Assembly: GCF_009914755.1 (NCBI RefSeq)
Contig: NC_060928.1
Source: the human T2T-CHM13v2.0 reference genome, Homo sapiens
Strand: one strand, 5' to 3'
DNA: 64,000 nt
Made by a program: the position numbers and the translations under genes. Positions 43,335 to 56,920 of the stretch are shown here, one piece after another (position 1 is the first letter of the stretch; every line of letters starts with the position of its first letter). The notes beneath the pieces were generated by a model, which was given only the letters and a program-made list of their open reading frames with translations, had not been told where the DNA came from and did not search any database.

Positions 43335-43716
43335 AACTTGTTTTCAAATTATTTTAAATTTGATAGGCCATGTGTATCTTGAAGCTTATTTTTAAAATTT
43401 TACTCAGTTGGCATACAGAAACTAGCAATTACTTGAAAATAGAGTGATCTCAGAGCTTTGTAAAATTAAAATGATAAAAACTGAAATAAACATGAAAATG
43501 AATAGTTTTATCATGAGATTGTGGGAATTATTATACTTGAGAACTGGAGGAAGGTGGGCTACTTAATTCTACAGCAAAAATCCCTTCTGATTCAAAAGCT
43601 CTACGTTTATCTAACATCAAGCAGGGGCTTTACAGAGACCTTTTGGCTGTTGGCAAATTTATTTTCCAATGGATCACTATTGAGAATATTGTATCCTATA
43701 GAAATTACTATGAGTC

Positions 43717-44042
<326 letters not shown>

Positions 44043-44656
44043 TTACTCAAAGTCATGGACTGGTGGTATGTAAAGAGAGTTCATAGTAAATGCAGCATCT
44101 CTGGGGAAATAAACAGCATTTTAGGAACACTGGACTGGAGAATCCCTTATTTATAGAACTCTTTAAAATTATTCCTTCAGAGAGCTGCCAATCCTCTTTG
44201 GTAACATGTAACTCTACATTAACCAGAATCCTTCATTATTCAAAGGATTAATTTCCCTTCACTTTTTAAGATAACACTGGAAATTTATTTTATTTTCCTA
44301 AAATAGCATCTAATTTCTGAGAATTAATGCTAATTGGATGGCAAATGGATGCCAGAAAGAACAAATGTATATGTTCTTTGGTTAAATATAGACATGTCCA
44401 TTGTTACCTGAGAAAAATACTCTCTAGTGAAAAATGAAAAGTGAGTATGAAATAAATTAGTGACAATAATAATATCAGTGCTGAATACTTACACATGCAA
44501 GCCACATACATACCTACATGCCCACACACAAACATATGTGCATACACACACATCACATCCAGATCTAGATCCAGGAGTATATTTTATAAGGGTAATATGA
44601 ATTCTCCTTCTTGTTTTCTATAATGTTATGTGGGCTTCATTTTTTAACATTTTAAA

Positions 44657-45033
44657 CATCAACAGAGTAAAGAGACGACCTCCAAAATGAGAAAAAAAAA
44701 TTGCAAAATATTTGCAAATTTTTCATCTGACAAGGTAATAATATCGAGAATATACAAGGAACTCAAACAACAGGACAAGAACAAATAATCTGATTGAAAA
44801 TGGGCAAGTGATCTAAATGGACATTTTTCAAAACAAGACATACAAATAACCAACAAGTATATGAAAAAAATGCTCAACAACACTAATCATAGGGAAATGA
44901 AAATCAAAACCATAGTGAGATAGCATCTCACCCCAGTTAGACTGGTTATTATAAGAAAAAGTAAAAGAGAGTAATAACAACAAACACTGGTGAGGGTGTG
45001 GAGAAAAGGGAACTTTTATAAACTATTGATGGG
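44657..45033 (+). mobile_element. L1 ORF2 3' fragment (L1M/L1PB-type)
   Basis: 'catctgacaagg...gaatatacaaggaactcaaacaa...aaaaatgctcaac...catctcaccccagttaga...ggtgtggagaaaagggaac'. Confidence 0.88.
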
Positions 45034-45099
45034 AGCCAGGGGATGAATGGTCCAGGACATGCCATCTGATGATCAGGACATGCAGACTTAGAAAAGCTG

Positions 45100-45500
45100 T
45101 CACTACTTCTCTCTTCCTTATCAGAGTAGCACCTCTGCCCATGGCATGCTGTTCCTTGCATGGCTGGTTCTTCCCTTCATTCTTTGCCTACTTAATGCCA
45201 TCCTGTTCTCAGATCTAGGCTCAGACATCACTTTCCAGGGAAGTTTCCCATGACACCCTGGGAAGATCAGAGTCTTTGTAATACACTCCTAGGGCTATGC
45301 ACCCCTCATTCACAGAACCTAACAGAATTGCAATTTTAGGTATGTTTCTATCATTAACCTTGTCTTCTGTCCTAGAGTGTGTAGTCTAAGAGAAGAGAGA
45401 TAATGTCTGATTTTTGCTTACCATTGAATCTCTAGTGCCTGTATTGCACTTGGAAAATATTTGATCCTCAATATGTATTTTTGAATGATTTAATGAGTCA
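45100..45500 (+). mobile_element. L2 3' fragment
   Basis: 'tgctgttccttgc...cagatctaggctcagacatcacttt...tctctagtgcct...ctcaatatgtattttttgaatga'. Confidence 0.6.
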
Positions 45501-45838
45501 TTCCAATTTTGTATCATTTACTGGTCATATCAGCCTTTTCCATCTGGCTCTATCTAGTTAAATACTTAGCATATTGACTAGCAAACAGATAGCCTATTGT
45601 AATGACAGAAGACAGCCTCACTGGCCCCATTTCTGGCAGCTGCAGCATCTGAATAACCAAAATTTAGGCAACTTCGGTGGCTCCAGGATTTATGATGTTG
45701 GAATAGTGAAGAGCTTTGTGCCCTCCCTAGCCTGCATTAATCCATGGTTCTTACCTCTACCTTGGTTAAACTCAGAGACTAAAAAAGCCACAGAAGATAA
45801 TAGAAGAAATTTTAGAATAAAATAGTCGAAATAGAATA

Positions 45839-45869
45839 AAACAACAACAACAACAACAACAACAACAAA
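45839..45869. repeat. (AAC)n trinucleotide microsatellite
   Basis: aaacaacaacaac... about 9-10 units. Confidence 0.92.
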
Positions 45870-46160
45870 TCATTAACCTGTTTTGGACTATTTAAGAACT
45901 TCTTGGAAAACTCAGAAAATAGTTCCTGGATTCTACCACAAGGGCCTTATATCAGGTTTTATCATATTAACACATTCATCAGCTGCAGATACAGATAGAA
46001 TACTTTCGTGACAAAATGGAAAGTCAAAATAAACTAAAATAGATCAAAATTTAGACGTGATGAATAAAACTACAGAAGTAGGTTGTGAAATGGAAGAGAT
46101 TACAAGGAGTGGGTTAATTTTTATAGTTTCTCAGTTCAGTTATATAGAAGGAGAAAAATG

Positions 46161-46541
<381 letters not shown>

Positions 46542-48230
46542 TCATGAGAATCTTGAGGCTTGCAGGGGCATGATCTGGCCATTAAGAGGATAGCATTAGA
46601 AGTCTCCATTTCCTGTAGGAAGAGACAGTGGAACCACCGGGGAGCTGTAGCCATTGAAGTGATATGTTAAAAATGGCAGCCAGGAGAGCAATTCTGCAAG
46701 TATTAGACTGAGCTTTTGTCTCCAGAATAAGGGTCTTCCTGATTCTCCTGGATCATCCACAAAGCCATCTATTGACTTCCGACTGCAGCCGAGGCCACTG
46801 AAGACAGTGTCTGGGGAGGGAGTCTGAATACGAGGCAGTTATGACAAACACAGAGCTCTCCCTCCTGATGGGGCTGACTGTGCCAGGCTCTCAGAGGACA
46901 TAACGCGCTTGTTAACGTTTGGTTGAATAGCACCAGTCTCCACAGAGGACGACTTGGGTTCCCATAGAGAAGTCATCAACACAGGGGAAGAATTCAGCCA
47001 ATTACGCCTCACCTCATCGATCCTATTTAGATGGTAACCCCATGGGGCATGGACCATGTCTTTCTCTGTGTATTATACAGTGTTGAGGAAACACTTGGCA
47101 CTCAATAAATACTAATCAAGAGCTTGTTTCTTGTCCCTCTCAGCCTCCCACTGAGCTGATCTGAGGAAGGAATTCCCTTTGAAGTTCCTTGTCCCCATGC
47201 TTTTTGATAAACAATATGGAGGCTTGGAGAGAGATGAGAAATATATACAGTCCTGGAGCTGTTTCTGGTGTCTGTAGATGACAAATGCTATCTCTGTAGT
47301 GATATACTTGGGAGTTAAAGGGCATACTTAGTGGGAACAAGCAGTGGGAAAGGCCCCTCTTTCCCCTTCCATAAACATTGTCTTACTTTTTGTTTCTCAC
47401 AGATTCATGATTTGTGCTTTCAAACATTCATTAATGCTCCTACCAAGTGGCCTGGCTGAGCTGAGAACAGTCTTCATACGTTTTAGTTCACTTTGGTTGT
47501 TCATGCACTTTACCATGTACATAGAGAAAAGTAAAGTATAGCTGGGTAACAAATTAGAGGAGAGAATATAAAAATAAAAATTATGAAAATTAAAGTATAT
47601 TTAAAAGATACCCTGTGATAACTTTAATAGGGCCTTGTTAGGGAGTCTCATACAGCTCTGAAATGTCTCTATCCAAAAATGACTTTGTTTATTACATTGT
47701 AAAAATTATAATTTTTGCATCAGGAAAAAAATATAATTTTTATAGGCATTAAGATTTAGGAAAAATGCAGTAAATACTATCAGTGAAATAAGGCATTTTG
47801 TGCGTAAAATATGCATTATATATGCATATTATGTATGCATACTATCAAAGGAATATACAATTTGCTTTACCTACTAGGGAAAGTCTCAAAGTTTTGTCTC
47901 TGACTAATGAGACCAAGACATCTAACATCTTTAGACAGGTACTAACAAGGTTAAATAATCTTTAGAAAATGCTACCATAAGTTGAAATGATGGCAGTTCT
48001 AACATTTTTATATACTCAGTTCCACCTTTCTCTCTCTCTCTTTCCCTCTTTCTCCCTTTCTTTAATCTCCATTTCAATACTTTATTTATAAAAACTATTC
48101 CATCTGACAACTTACAGAGATGAAGGTGTACCTAAGACTTTGATTCCATATGCCACCGGCATCTCTTACTTTGCATAATGTACAGAAAGAGAATGCAGCA
48201 TGATGCAGCAGGACTTTAAAGAGAAGTGTA

Positions 48231-48584
<354 letters not shown>

Positions 48585-49149
48585 CTAAATTTTTCCCTGA
48601 CAGGTGTTGCAGTTCTAAAAAGGAAAGTAGGAAGTAGAAATATCTTTGCCTAAAGGTAATATGAACTGGAAACTTTTGTTTTTGCAAATTTCCCATTTTG
48701 GTGTTGTTTTCTTAAACTTAATCTGTCCCTAAATTAAGGCCAAAGAATATGATGTTAAAACTGTTATAACTAAAATATGTGGGAGTTTACTCAATGCACT
48801 GAGTATTTTGTCACCTTTGGTCATAATGAGTCCTCAGGTAGAATTCATAGAGTTATAGAATATCAAATGAAGGCGAAGTTAGCTCTGTTCTGTGTAGGAG
48901 AATCACATCTTGTTTAGTGTTATGTTCGGTTTTGGAGACTAACATATTGGAGAGAATTGAAACGCAATATATTAATGAAAGTTTTAGGAAGTGGAGAAGT
49001 ATTTCGCTCAGAACAAAGAAGGATGAGAGGGTAGGTGAATTGGAAAAGTTACATTGATACCAGTTATCTTTGGTTTTACGCCAAATTTTAAAAACAATGG
49101 TGTGGGCCTGGGAGATAGTTGAGTCAGCAATTTGGATGATGATCTTTTC

Positions 49150-49604
49150 TGTCATAGTTGCTGAGACTGGGTAATTTTTAAGGAACATAAATTCATTTCT
49201 CACAATTCTAGTCACCGGAAGTCCAACATCAAGGTACCAGCAGTTGCGATGTCTGTGGAAGTCCTGGTCTTTGCTTCCAGTATGGTGCCTTGTTGCCATG
49301 TCCTCTGGAGGGGATTAATGCTGTGTCCTCACATGGTGAAGGGGCAGAAGGAAAGAAGGTCCTAAGCCAGTTCCCTCCAGTCCTTTTATTAAGGTTGGTG
49401 TAAAAGTAATTGTGGCCTTTGGCATTAAAAGTACTAGCAAAAACTGCAATTACTTTTGCACCAACTTAATTTAAGTTACTAAACCATTCATGAAGGCGAA
49501 GCCCTCATGACTTAATCACTTCCCTAAAGGACCCCCTCTTAGTGCCACCACAATGGGGTTAAAGTTTCAACACACAAATTTTGGAGTACATTCAGGTCAT
49601 AGCA
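49150..49604 (-). mobile_element. MST-type MaLR LTR interrupted by MADE1
   Basis: 'ctgagactgggtaattt...tttctcacaattct...gaagtccaacatcaaggtacc...gccctcatgacttaatcacttccc...aagtttcaaca...catagca'. Confidence 0.88.
49389..49469. mobile_element. MADE1 (Hsmar1-derived mariner MITE), ~80-bp inverted repeat
   Basis: GGTTGGTGTAAAAGTAATTG ... CAATTACTTTTGCACCAAC terminal inverted repeats. Confidence 0.93.
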
Positions 49605-49689
49605 GTAAGGCATAAGTGATGGTGATGACCAGGGTGTTCAAATGTGAACAGTGATGTTTAGCTCAAGATCAAATAGCAGTTAATGCCCA

Positions 49690-50720
49690 CAATCAGATCT
49701 ATTCATTCAGATAATCTTTCAATGAATAATGATTGAGCTCATACACTGTAAGAAATGGCTTCTAGGCAATGTGTGGTGGAATGAGAATGCTATACTATCT
49801 GAACCCATGGGTTTTAGTTATTAGAAAGATAGGCTTTAATCAAGGAACTATAAATTTGGTCTTTAATTATATTTGCTAAGTACTAATGTATAAAGTGCTG
49901 AGAGGATACGCCAGAGGGAATCTGATCTTTCCTGATGGTGGGCTGGGTTGGTCATGAACGACTTCACAGAGAAGTGATATTATTCTGAGATGTAGATATC
50001 AAGAGAGCACCAAAGAGAACTTTAAAAGAAAAGCTTTAGCTGAATTAAATTTAAAATAGTTTAACTGAGTAAAGAATGGTTTGTGAATCGGGCAGCCTCC
50101 TGAGCCAGAATAGGCTCAAACACTTCAGCTCAGCCGTGTGATGGAAGATTTATGGACGGGAAAAGTAAAGTGACATACAGAAAATGGAAGTGAGGTACAG
50201 AAACAGCTGGGTTGGTTACACCTTGGTGTTTGCCTTATTTGAATACAGTTTGAACAGTTGGCCACCTTTGATTGGCCAAAACTCAGTGATTGACACAAGA
50301 GTAGACTGCAATCTGTATACAACTCCATTTAGGTTACAGTTCACGATGTACAGAGAAACCTTTAAGTCAAACTTAAAATATGTAAGGAGGCAGCTTTAGG
50401 CTAAATTTGATTTAACAGAATGGACCAGGTAGAGCGAAGAGCAAGTGTGAATAAAGATGTGGGAATAACGTTCTAGGGAAGAAACAGCAGGGTGCATTTC
50501 AAGGAGTGATAAGACATCCTGCATGATTAGGACATGGAAAATGAGAGGGAAAGTGCTGTGTGATGAGAAAGGGGAGGACTTGCAGGCTTTGATACAGATT
50601 TTGGATTTTATTCTAAGAACAAGGAGAAGCTCTAAGTGGGATATTGGTGTCATGAGATTCACCTTTTGGCAAGATCATATTGATAGTAGTGTAGAGAATG
50701 GTGTGGAAGCTGTTGTGGTC
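49690..50720 (-). mobile_element. L2 fragment interrupted by MER57
   Basis: 'attcattcag...gattgagctc' and 'ttttggattttattctaagaacaaggagaagc...agtagtgtagagaatgg'. Confidence 0.55.
50021..50417 (-). mobile_element. MER57 (A-type) solo LTR, ERV1
   Basis: Minus strand begins TGTTAAATCAAATTTAGCCTAAAGCTGCCTCCTTACATATTTTAAG; CCAAT-containing U3; TSD gaac/gaat. Confidence 0.88.
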
Positions 50721-51439
50721 ATCGGTGGAGAGATGTTTTCAGAACTGTTGAATAGTTTTCCATCCACAATAGCCAGAGTCATCTTTTCAAGGTCCCTAAG
50801 GAAGGTGTAGGTACAGAAGACAAAATCAGGTAGTTACTTATACTCCCTACAGGGTTCCTTTTTCACACTCCGGTCTATTCTGTGATCGTGAAATAGATGG
50901 ATGCCATGGAAACCACAAGAATTCCCTCTTTTTCACCTTTCAAGGCAGAGCCAGGTTGAAGTGAGTAGTTCCAAACTCTCAACCTTAAACCCTGTCTCGA
51001 GTGTTAGGTAGCCCCCCCAACCCTTTCCCCCAGGCATGCATTTTTATTAGAGTCTAATAAAGAACAGAGAGACAATCTATTCAAGGGGGGAAATCCAAAG
51101 GAAGCTGCTACTGGCAGCAAGAGCTTTTATTCCTTTCTTATCAGGGTGAAATAACCAGGTTCCTCCTGTATAACCCAGGGTCTCCTAATACAGCTTTGTC
51201 CCCTGTGGTGGAGCTCCTCTTCCCTGAGGTGGAATGAAAGGACAACCCTGCCTGAATGAAACTTACAGATGGGTATATGCCTCTCACGAAACATTGCATA
51301 TACATAGTGAGACATGATTATCTTCCCAGATTCTACAGGGAAACATTCCGCAATTGGCCCAGATTTTCAAAAAATGGAATTTTCAGTTTTCCCCTTGGGA
51401 ATGCATTGATGTCTTCTGATCTGAAGTAGAATGCTGTTT

Positions 51440-52300
51440 AGAGTTCCTTGTTCTATTTATTCACTTGTTTTGCAACTATTAGCATTTTCTATATACCAGG
51501 TGTAGGAGCATGTGTGGCGGAGGCAGTGGTGAAGGAAGTCAACATGGTGTCTGTCTGCATGGAGTGTGCAGGCACTAAACAAGCACACTTAATATTCAAG
51601 ATATTTGTTGACTGCACACTACGCACAAACATTGCATTAAGGACTTTGTATATAGAGCTAAACTGAGAAGATATTATCTCTGCACCTAATCGAACTTATA
51701 TGGACCAGTGGTGGAGAGAGATAAATAGCAAAGCAAATAAAAATACAATTACAAGTTCAGTTAATGCTTAAAGGGAATGTCAGGGGACCATGAGAGAGAA
51801 TGATGGTGAATTGAAGAAGCCAGTCTGAGAAATCATGCTCATCTGACAGTTGAATAATAATAAGGATTAGCCAGGTTGAGATTAAATGGGAATATTATTC
51901 TTGCAGAGGTAATAACATTCATGTAAAGGCTTACCTAGGGCCTTGTAGAAAGTGGATATTTAAAGATGAGGAAGGTGACGCGTGTAAACAGATGTGTCTC
52001 TCAGTAGGGCTATTGAGGAAGAGCAGGGCCAGCCCATGAAATACCTGTAAGGCCAGACTCAATATTTTGTATTTTATGAAAAATGGAAAGCCACTGAAAT
52101 GTTTTAAATAGGGGAGTGTATAAACTCTGTTACATGTTACATAATCACTCCGGATGTGGGTGGGGAGCTGACTGATGGGGAATACTGAGAACACCACTGT
52201 ATAAGGAGGCAATTCTAGAGGAACTGGGGCTGCTTGAGTCAGAAAGTGGCAGTGGAGCTGAAGAGATGTGGAAGGTTTGCTATGGGTTTGGATGCAGAAT
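51440..52300 (-). mobile_element. L2 fragments
   Basis: Two L2 3'-end-like starts and 'aaatggaaagccactgaaatgttttaaatagggg...gtggcagtggagctgaagagatgtgg'. Confidence 0.6.
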
Positions 52301-52639
52301 TGTGAGATGAGTATTTCTTAGCAGAAGTGACACTGTATTCTTCTAAGACATTCCATAAAATATCTAGTGTAAAGGGCTTCCTGCTAGAGAACACAGGATA
52401 CTTGGAATTTCATGTACATAAAACATTCAAGAATTTTCTCAGACTATACTTATGTCAATAATTTTAAAACTTTAGATTTATATAATTTGTATCATTTTAG
52501 TTGACTGTGAAAACTGTAACCTTACAGTCACCAACATGTTTTTTCCATATTTTGTCATTCATGGAATTTATATATATTGAGTACTAAGTGTCAGGTGGTT
52601 TACATACATTATTTTAGCACATACAGATATTCCCCCATA

Positions 52640-53102
52640 GTATATAGAATAGGGGACACCAAAAGATATCCATATCTTAATCTCAAAAACCTGTGAATAG
52701 TTACTTTACATGACAAAAGGGACTTTGCATGTGTGATTTCATTAAGGATCTTAAATTGAGAGGATTATCCTGGATTAGCCAGTTTGGCTCAGTATATTCA
52801 CAAGGGTTTTTATAAATGAGAGGCCAGAAAGCCAAAGTCAGCAAAAAGGAGTGTGATGGTGGAAGCAGAGTTTAGAGGGACATGGCGTGAGGAGAGAGGA
52901 AGGGACCATGAGCCAAGGAATGCAGGTCCCCACTCCCAACTGGAGAAGACAAGAAAATGAGATCTCCCCTGGAGCCTCCGGAAGGAGCACAGCCCTGATC
53001 ACACCTTGATATTTATCCTTGTAAGACTCACTTTGCACTTCCTAGCTACAGAACTGTAAGATAATCAATTTGTGCTATTTTAAGACACTAAGTTTGCGGT
53101 AA

Positions 53103-53107
<5 letters not shown>
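52640..53107 (+). mobile_element. MLT1D MaLR LTR (last ~35 bp displaced to 54363-54400 by an L1 insertion)
   Basis: 'aaagatatccat...cctgtgaata...caaaagggactttgca...attaaggatctt...gattatcctggatta...tctcccctggagcctcc...cagaactgtaagataat'. Confidence 0.9.

Positions 53108-53147
<40 letters not shown>
53105..53147. repeat. (TG)21 microsatellite at the L1 tail/TSD junction
   Basis: Perfect run between the TSD and the L1 T-rich tail. Confidence 0.96.
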
Positions 53148-53148
<1 letters not shown>

Positions 53149-54362
53149 CCTTTTTTTATTGTTTTTTGTTTGTTTGTTTAGCTTTTATTAAAAAGTTCAG
53201 GAGTGTATGTGTAGCTTTGTTACATTGGTAAACTTGTCATGGGGGTTTGTTGTTCAGATTATTTTGTCACCTAAGTATTAAGCCTAGTACCCACTAGTGA
53301 TTTTTCCTGATTTTCTCCCTTGTCCCACTTTCCACCCTCTGATAGGCCCCAGTGTATGTTGTTACCCTCTATGTGTCCACGTGTTCTCATCATTTAGCTC
53401 CCACTTATAAGTGAGAACATGTGGTATTTGGTTTTTCTGTTTCTGCCTTAGTTTGCTAAGGATAATGGCCTCCAGCTCCATGCATGTCCCTGCAAAGGAC
53501 ATGATCTCATTCTTTCTATGGCTGCATAGTCATAATATTCCATGGTGTATGTGTACCACATTTTCTTTATCCAATCTATCATTGATGTGCATTTAGGTTG
53601 ATTCCATGTCTTTGCTATGGTGAATAATGACACAGTAAACATACACATGCATGTGTCTTTAGAACAGAATGATTTATATTCCTTTGTGTATATACCCAGT
53701 AATGGGATTACTGGGTCAAATGGTGTTTCTCTCTTTAGGTCTTTGAGGTATCACTACACTATTTTCCACAACGGTTGAACTAATTTGCACTCCAAACACG
53801 AGTGTATAAGCGTTCCTTTTCCCCACAATCTCATAAGCATCTGTTATTTTTTAATAATAGCCATTCTGACTGGTGTGAGATGGTATCTCATTGTGGTTTT
53901 GATTTGCATTTCTCTAACGATCAGTAATGTTAAACTTTTTTCATATGATTGTTGGCCACATGTGTGTCTTCTCTTGAAATGTGTCTGTTCATATTTTTTG
54001 GGGGGGATGGGGGTGTTGTTTTTTTCTTGTAAATTTGTTTAAGTTCTTTATAGATGCTGGACATAAGACTTTTGTCAGATGCATAATTTGCAAAACTTTT
54101 CTCCCACTCTGTAGGTTGTCAGTTTACTTTGTTGATAGTTTCTTTTGCTGTGCAGAAACTCTTTAGTATAATTAGATTTCATTTATCAATTTTTGTATTT
54201 GTTGCAATTGCTTTTGGTGTCTTCGTCATGAAATCTTTGCCCATGCCTTTGTCCTGAATGGTATGTCCTAGGTTGTCTTCCAGTGTTTTTATAGTTTTGG
54301 GTTTTACCTTTAAGTCTTTAATCCATCTTGAGTTAATTTTTGTATATGGTATAAGGAAGAGG
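53148..54362 (-). mobile_element. 5'-truncated L1PA-type LINE (~1.2 kb)
   Basis: Reverse L1PA 3'UTR and ORF2 end (CTCCCACTTATAAGTGAGAACATG, GGTGTGAGATGGTATCTCATTGTGGTTTTGATTTGCATTTCTCT); TSD tg[c/t]ggtaatttgt (53095-53107 / 54363-54375). Confidence 0.95.
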
Positions 54363-54737
54363 TGTGGTAATTTGTTATAATGGCAATAGGAAACAGATCC
54401 TTCAGTAGGTTTGGTGTTGAAAGATAGGAATGGGATGGTACACTGAGGTAGAAAATTTAAAAGTAAGTGCTTTTTAGTATATTATGTGAAAAATTATGAC
54501 ATTTTATAGACTGAAGGTAAGGATTCAGTGGACAGGAAGAGATCAATCATGAAAGGTAGAGAAGAGAAAACTGATGAAAATACAAAGAAGATGGAAATGG
54601 CAGCGGAAGAAGGGGAACTGGTGATCTAGAGGAAGAAGTAGACTCTTTTTAGTTTCTGAGACCATACAGAAGATACAACAAAATCTTGAAAGACATAATA
54701 GGGAAGTTGAAGAGATTTGTTATGGTGTTGACATTGA

Positions 54738-55082
<345 letters not shown>

Positions 55083-55959
55083 TAATGGTTGATGAAGTAA
55101 AAAAAGTTGTGGTTTCAATTAATCAAATTGAATGGTTTTCAGATTTAACCAAACCAGGCCAGACTTGAGTCAAAGCAAGCGATAACAACAATAACAACAA
55201 AATAGCTTGTGTGAGTTGTAATACAAGGGCATTCAGAATAGACTTGGCAAAAGTACTTTCTAGGGGAGTTAGACACTTACCAATGTCATGGCCAAAATAA
55301 AAATACAAAAGAGGGCCTGTCCAGCCACACAAAAGAATGAACCACCTTAGAAAACACATCCAAAACTCTTTTTCCCAGTCTCAGTCCCTATTGGTAACCT
55401 CGGATGATTTGAGGCAGTCATTTGTCTCACTAGATTAGGAAGAAAACTTCCTGGGAATAAACACAAATCTGAGTTAAAATTGGAATACTAAAAAAAAAAA
55501 AATTAAAACCCATTGTTATAGCATAAATACGTTGATTAGTTTATATTTACTGTATATTTTTCTGTTTGCTTTTTAAGGTTTTTAAAGTGTTTATGAGAAT
55601 TTCAGTGTGGATTTGAGAAATGTGTAATCAATTTGAAAATTTGGGGATATTTAATTTGTTAAATCCTCACATTTTTGGGTTATGAGTTAAGTGAGTAATG
55701 TGTGAATATTTAGAGAATATTTACTATCTAATTTTCTAAACTGAACTTAGAAGAGAATAGGATCTAGGTAGTTCTCTTAACACTCCAATGTCCCTGGTAA
55801 ACTACAATGAGTCATCCCTAAAGAGTTAAGCCAGAGAGACATCTTCCTTCTGGGAGTTTGTATTCTCCTTTGCATGCCTGAATTTAGTAATATATACTAT
55901 ACTGCTTTGTATAGCTGTTGCATTCAGTATATCTATACATTAATTTATCAACTGCCTTT

Positions 55960-56920
55960 TATGCATTTGTCTATTCATACAACTCATTCATATGTTCATT
56001 AAACATTCATCAAGTGCATACTTTTGGTGAAGAACAATGGTGGCACTGGATATAGAAAATCAAATAAGACAGAGGCCCTGCTGTCAAGGAGCATTCAGAC
56101 CAAAGGAACCTGGAGATAATGTTATCACAGAAAATGAAGCAATTTCTGTAACAGAGCTAACTGGAGGGTATGGGAGCAAAGGGAGAGGAATCTTAACCAG
56201 CCAAGAGGAACAGCAAAGGTCTTTAGGAGGAAAGTGTCCTTGGATTGAGTCTGTCCTTAAGAAAAACATTACTGGAAGAGGCAAAAGCATAGCCAAAGAC
56301 TCTTTGAGACAGCACCAGCATGGGCCATTCAAGAAACAATAAATAGGTTAGTTTGTTGGAGCAAGGGGTTTATTTATTCAAAGTCATCAGCACCAATTGT
56401 TGCAACATCCTCTGGTAGGCCTTGAAGGATACAGTGGTGCATAAGAAAGATGTTGACCTAGTGTTTTTGGAGTGCATATATTATTATGAAATGACAAAAT
56501 AACTAGAAAATTAGGCAGAAATAAAATTACAAAAGGCCTTATGTATGAAGCTAAATTATTTACATTTTGTCCTGTACAAGTAAGGGAATTACAATGTCAA
56601 TTAAGCTTCATTTAAGAAAGATCAACTTGGTTGCAGTGTGGAGAATGGATTAGAGAGGTGGAGGTATTTGAGAGTTGACATAAAAAGACTACTTAGGAGG
56701 CTATTCTGGGAATTAAGGCAAGATGGAATTCTGAACCAAGGCAGGAGGATGTTGTAGATGAAATTTATTTAGAGCTATTAAGGAGGTAGAATCTATAGAT
56801 CTTTGGGACTAGCAGCTAGCCGGGGGAATGAGAGACAAAGGAGTCAATGGTGACTCCTGGTATTCTAACATGGGTTGCTATGTGAATGTGTTGCAACTTC
56901 TTAGGACTGGGAATGCCAGA
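55960..56920 (-). mobile_element. L2 fragments
   Basis: 'ctcattcatatgttcattaaacattcatcaagtgcatac', 'tttaagaaagatcaacttggttgcagtgtggagaatggatt', 'ggagtcaatggtgactcctgg'. Confidence 0.65.

Noticed and set aside
47808-47845. ATGCAT-containing inverted repeats
   Set aside because: AT-rich low-complexity sequence that is self-complementary by composition
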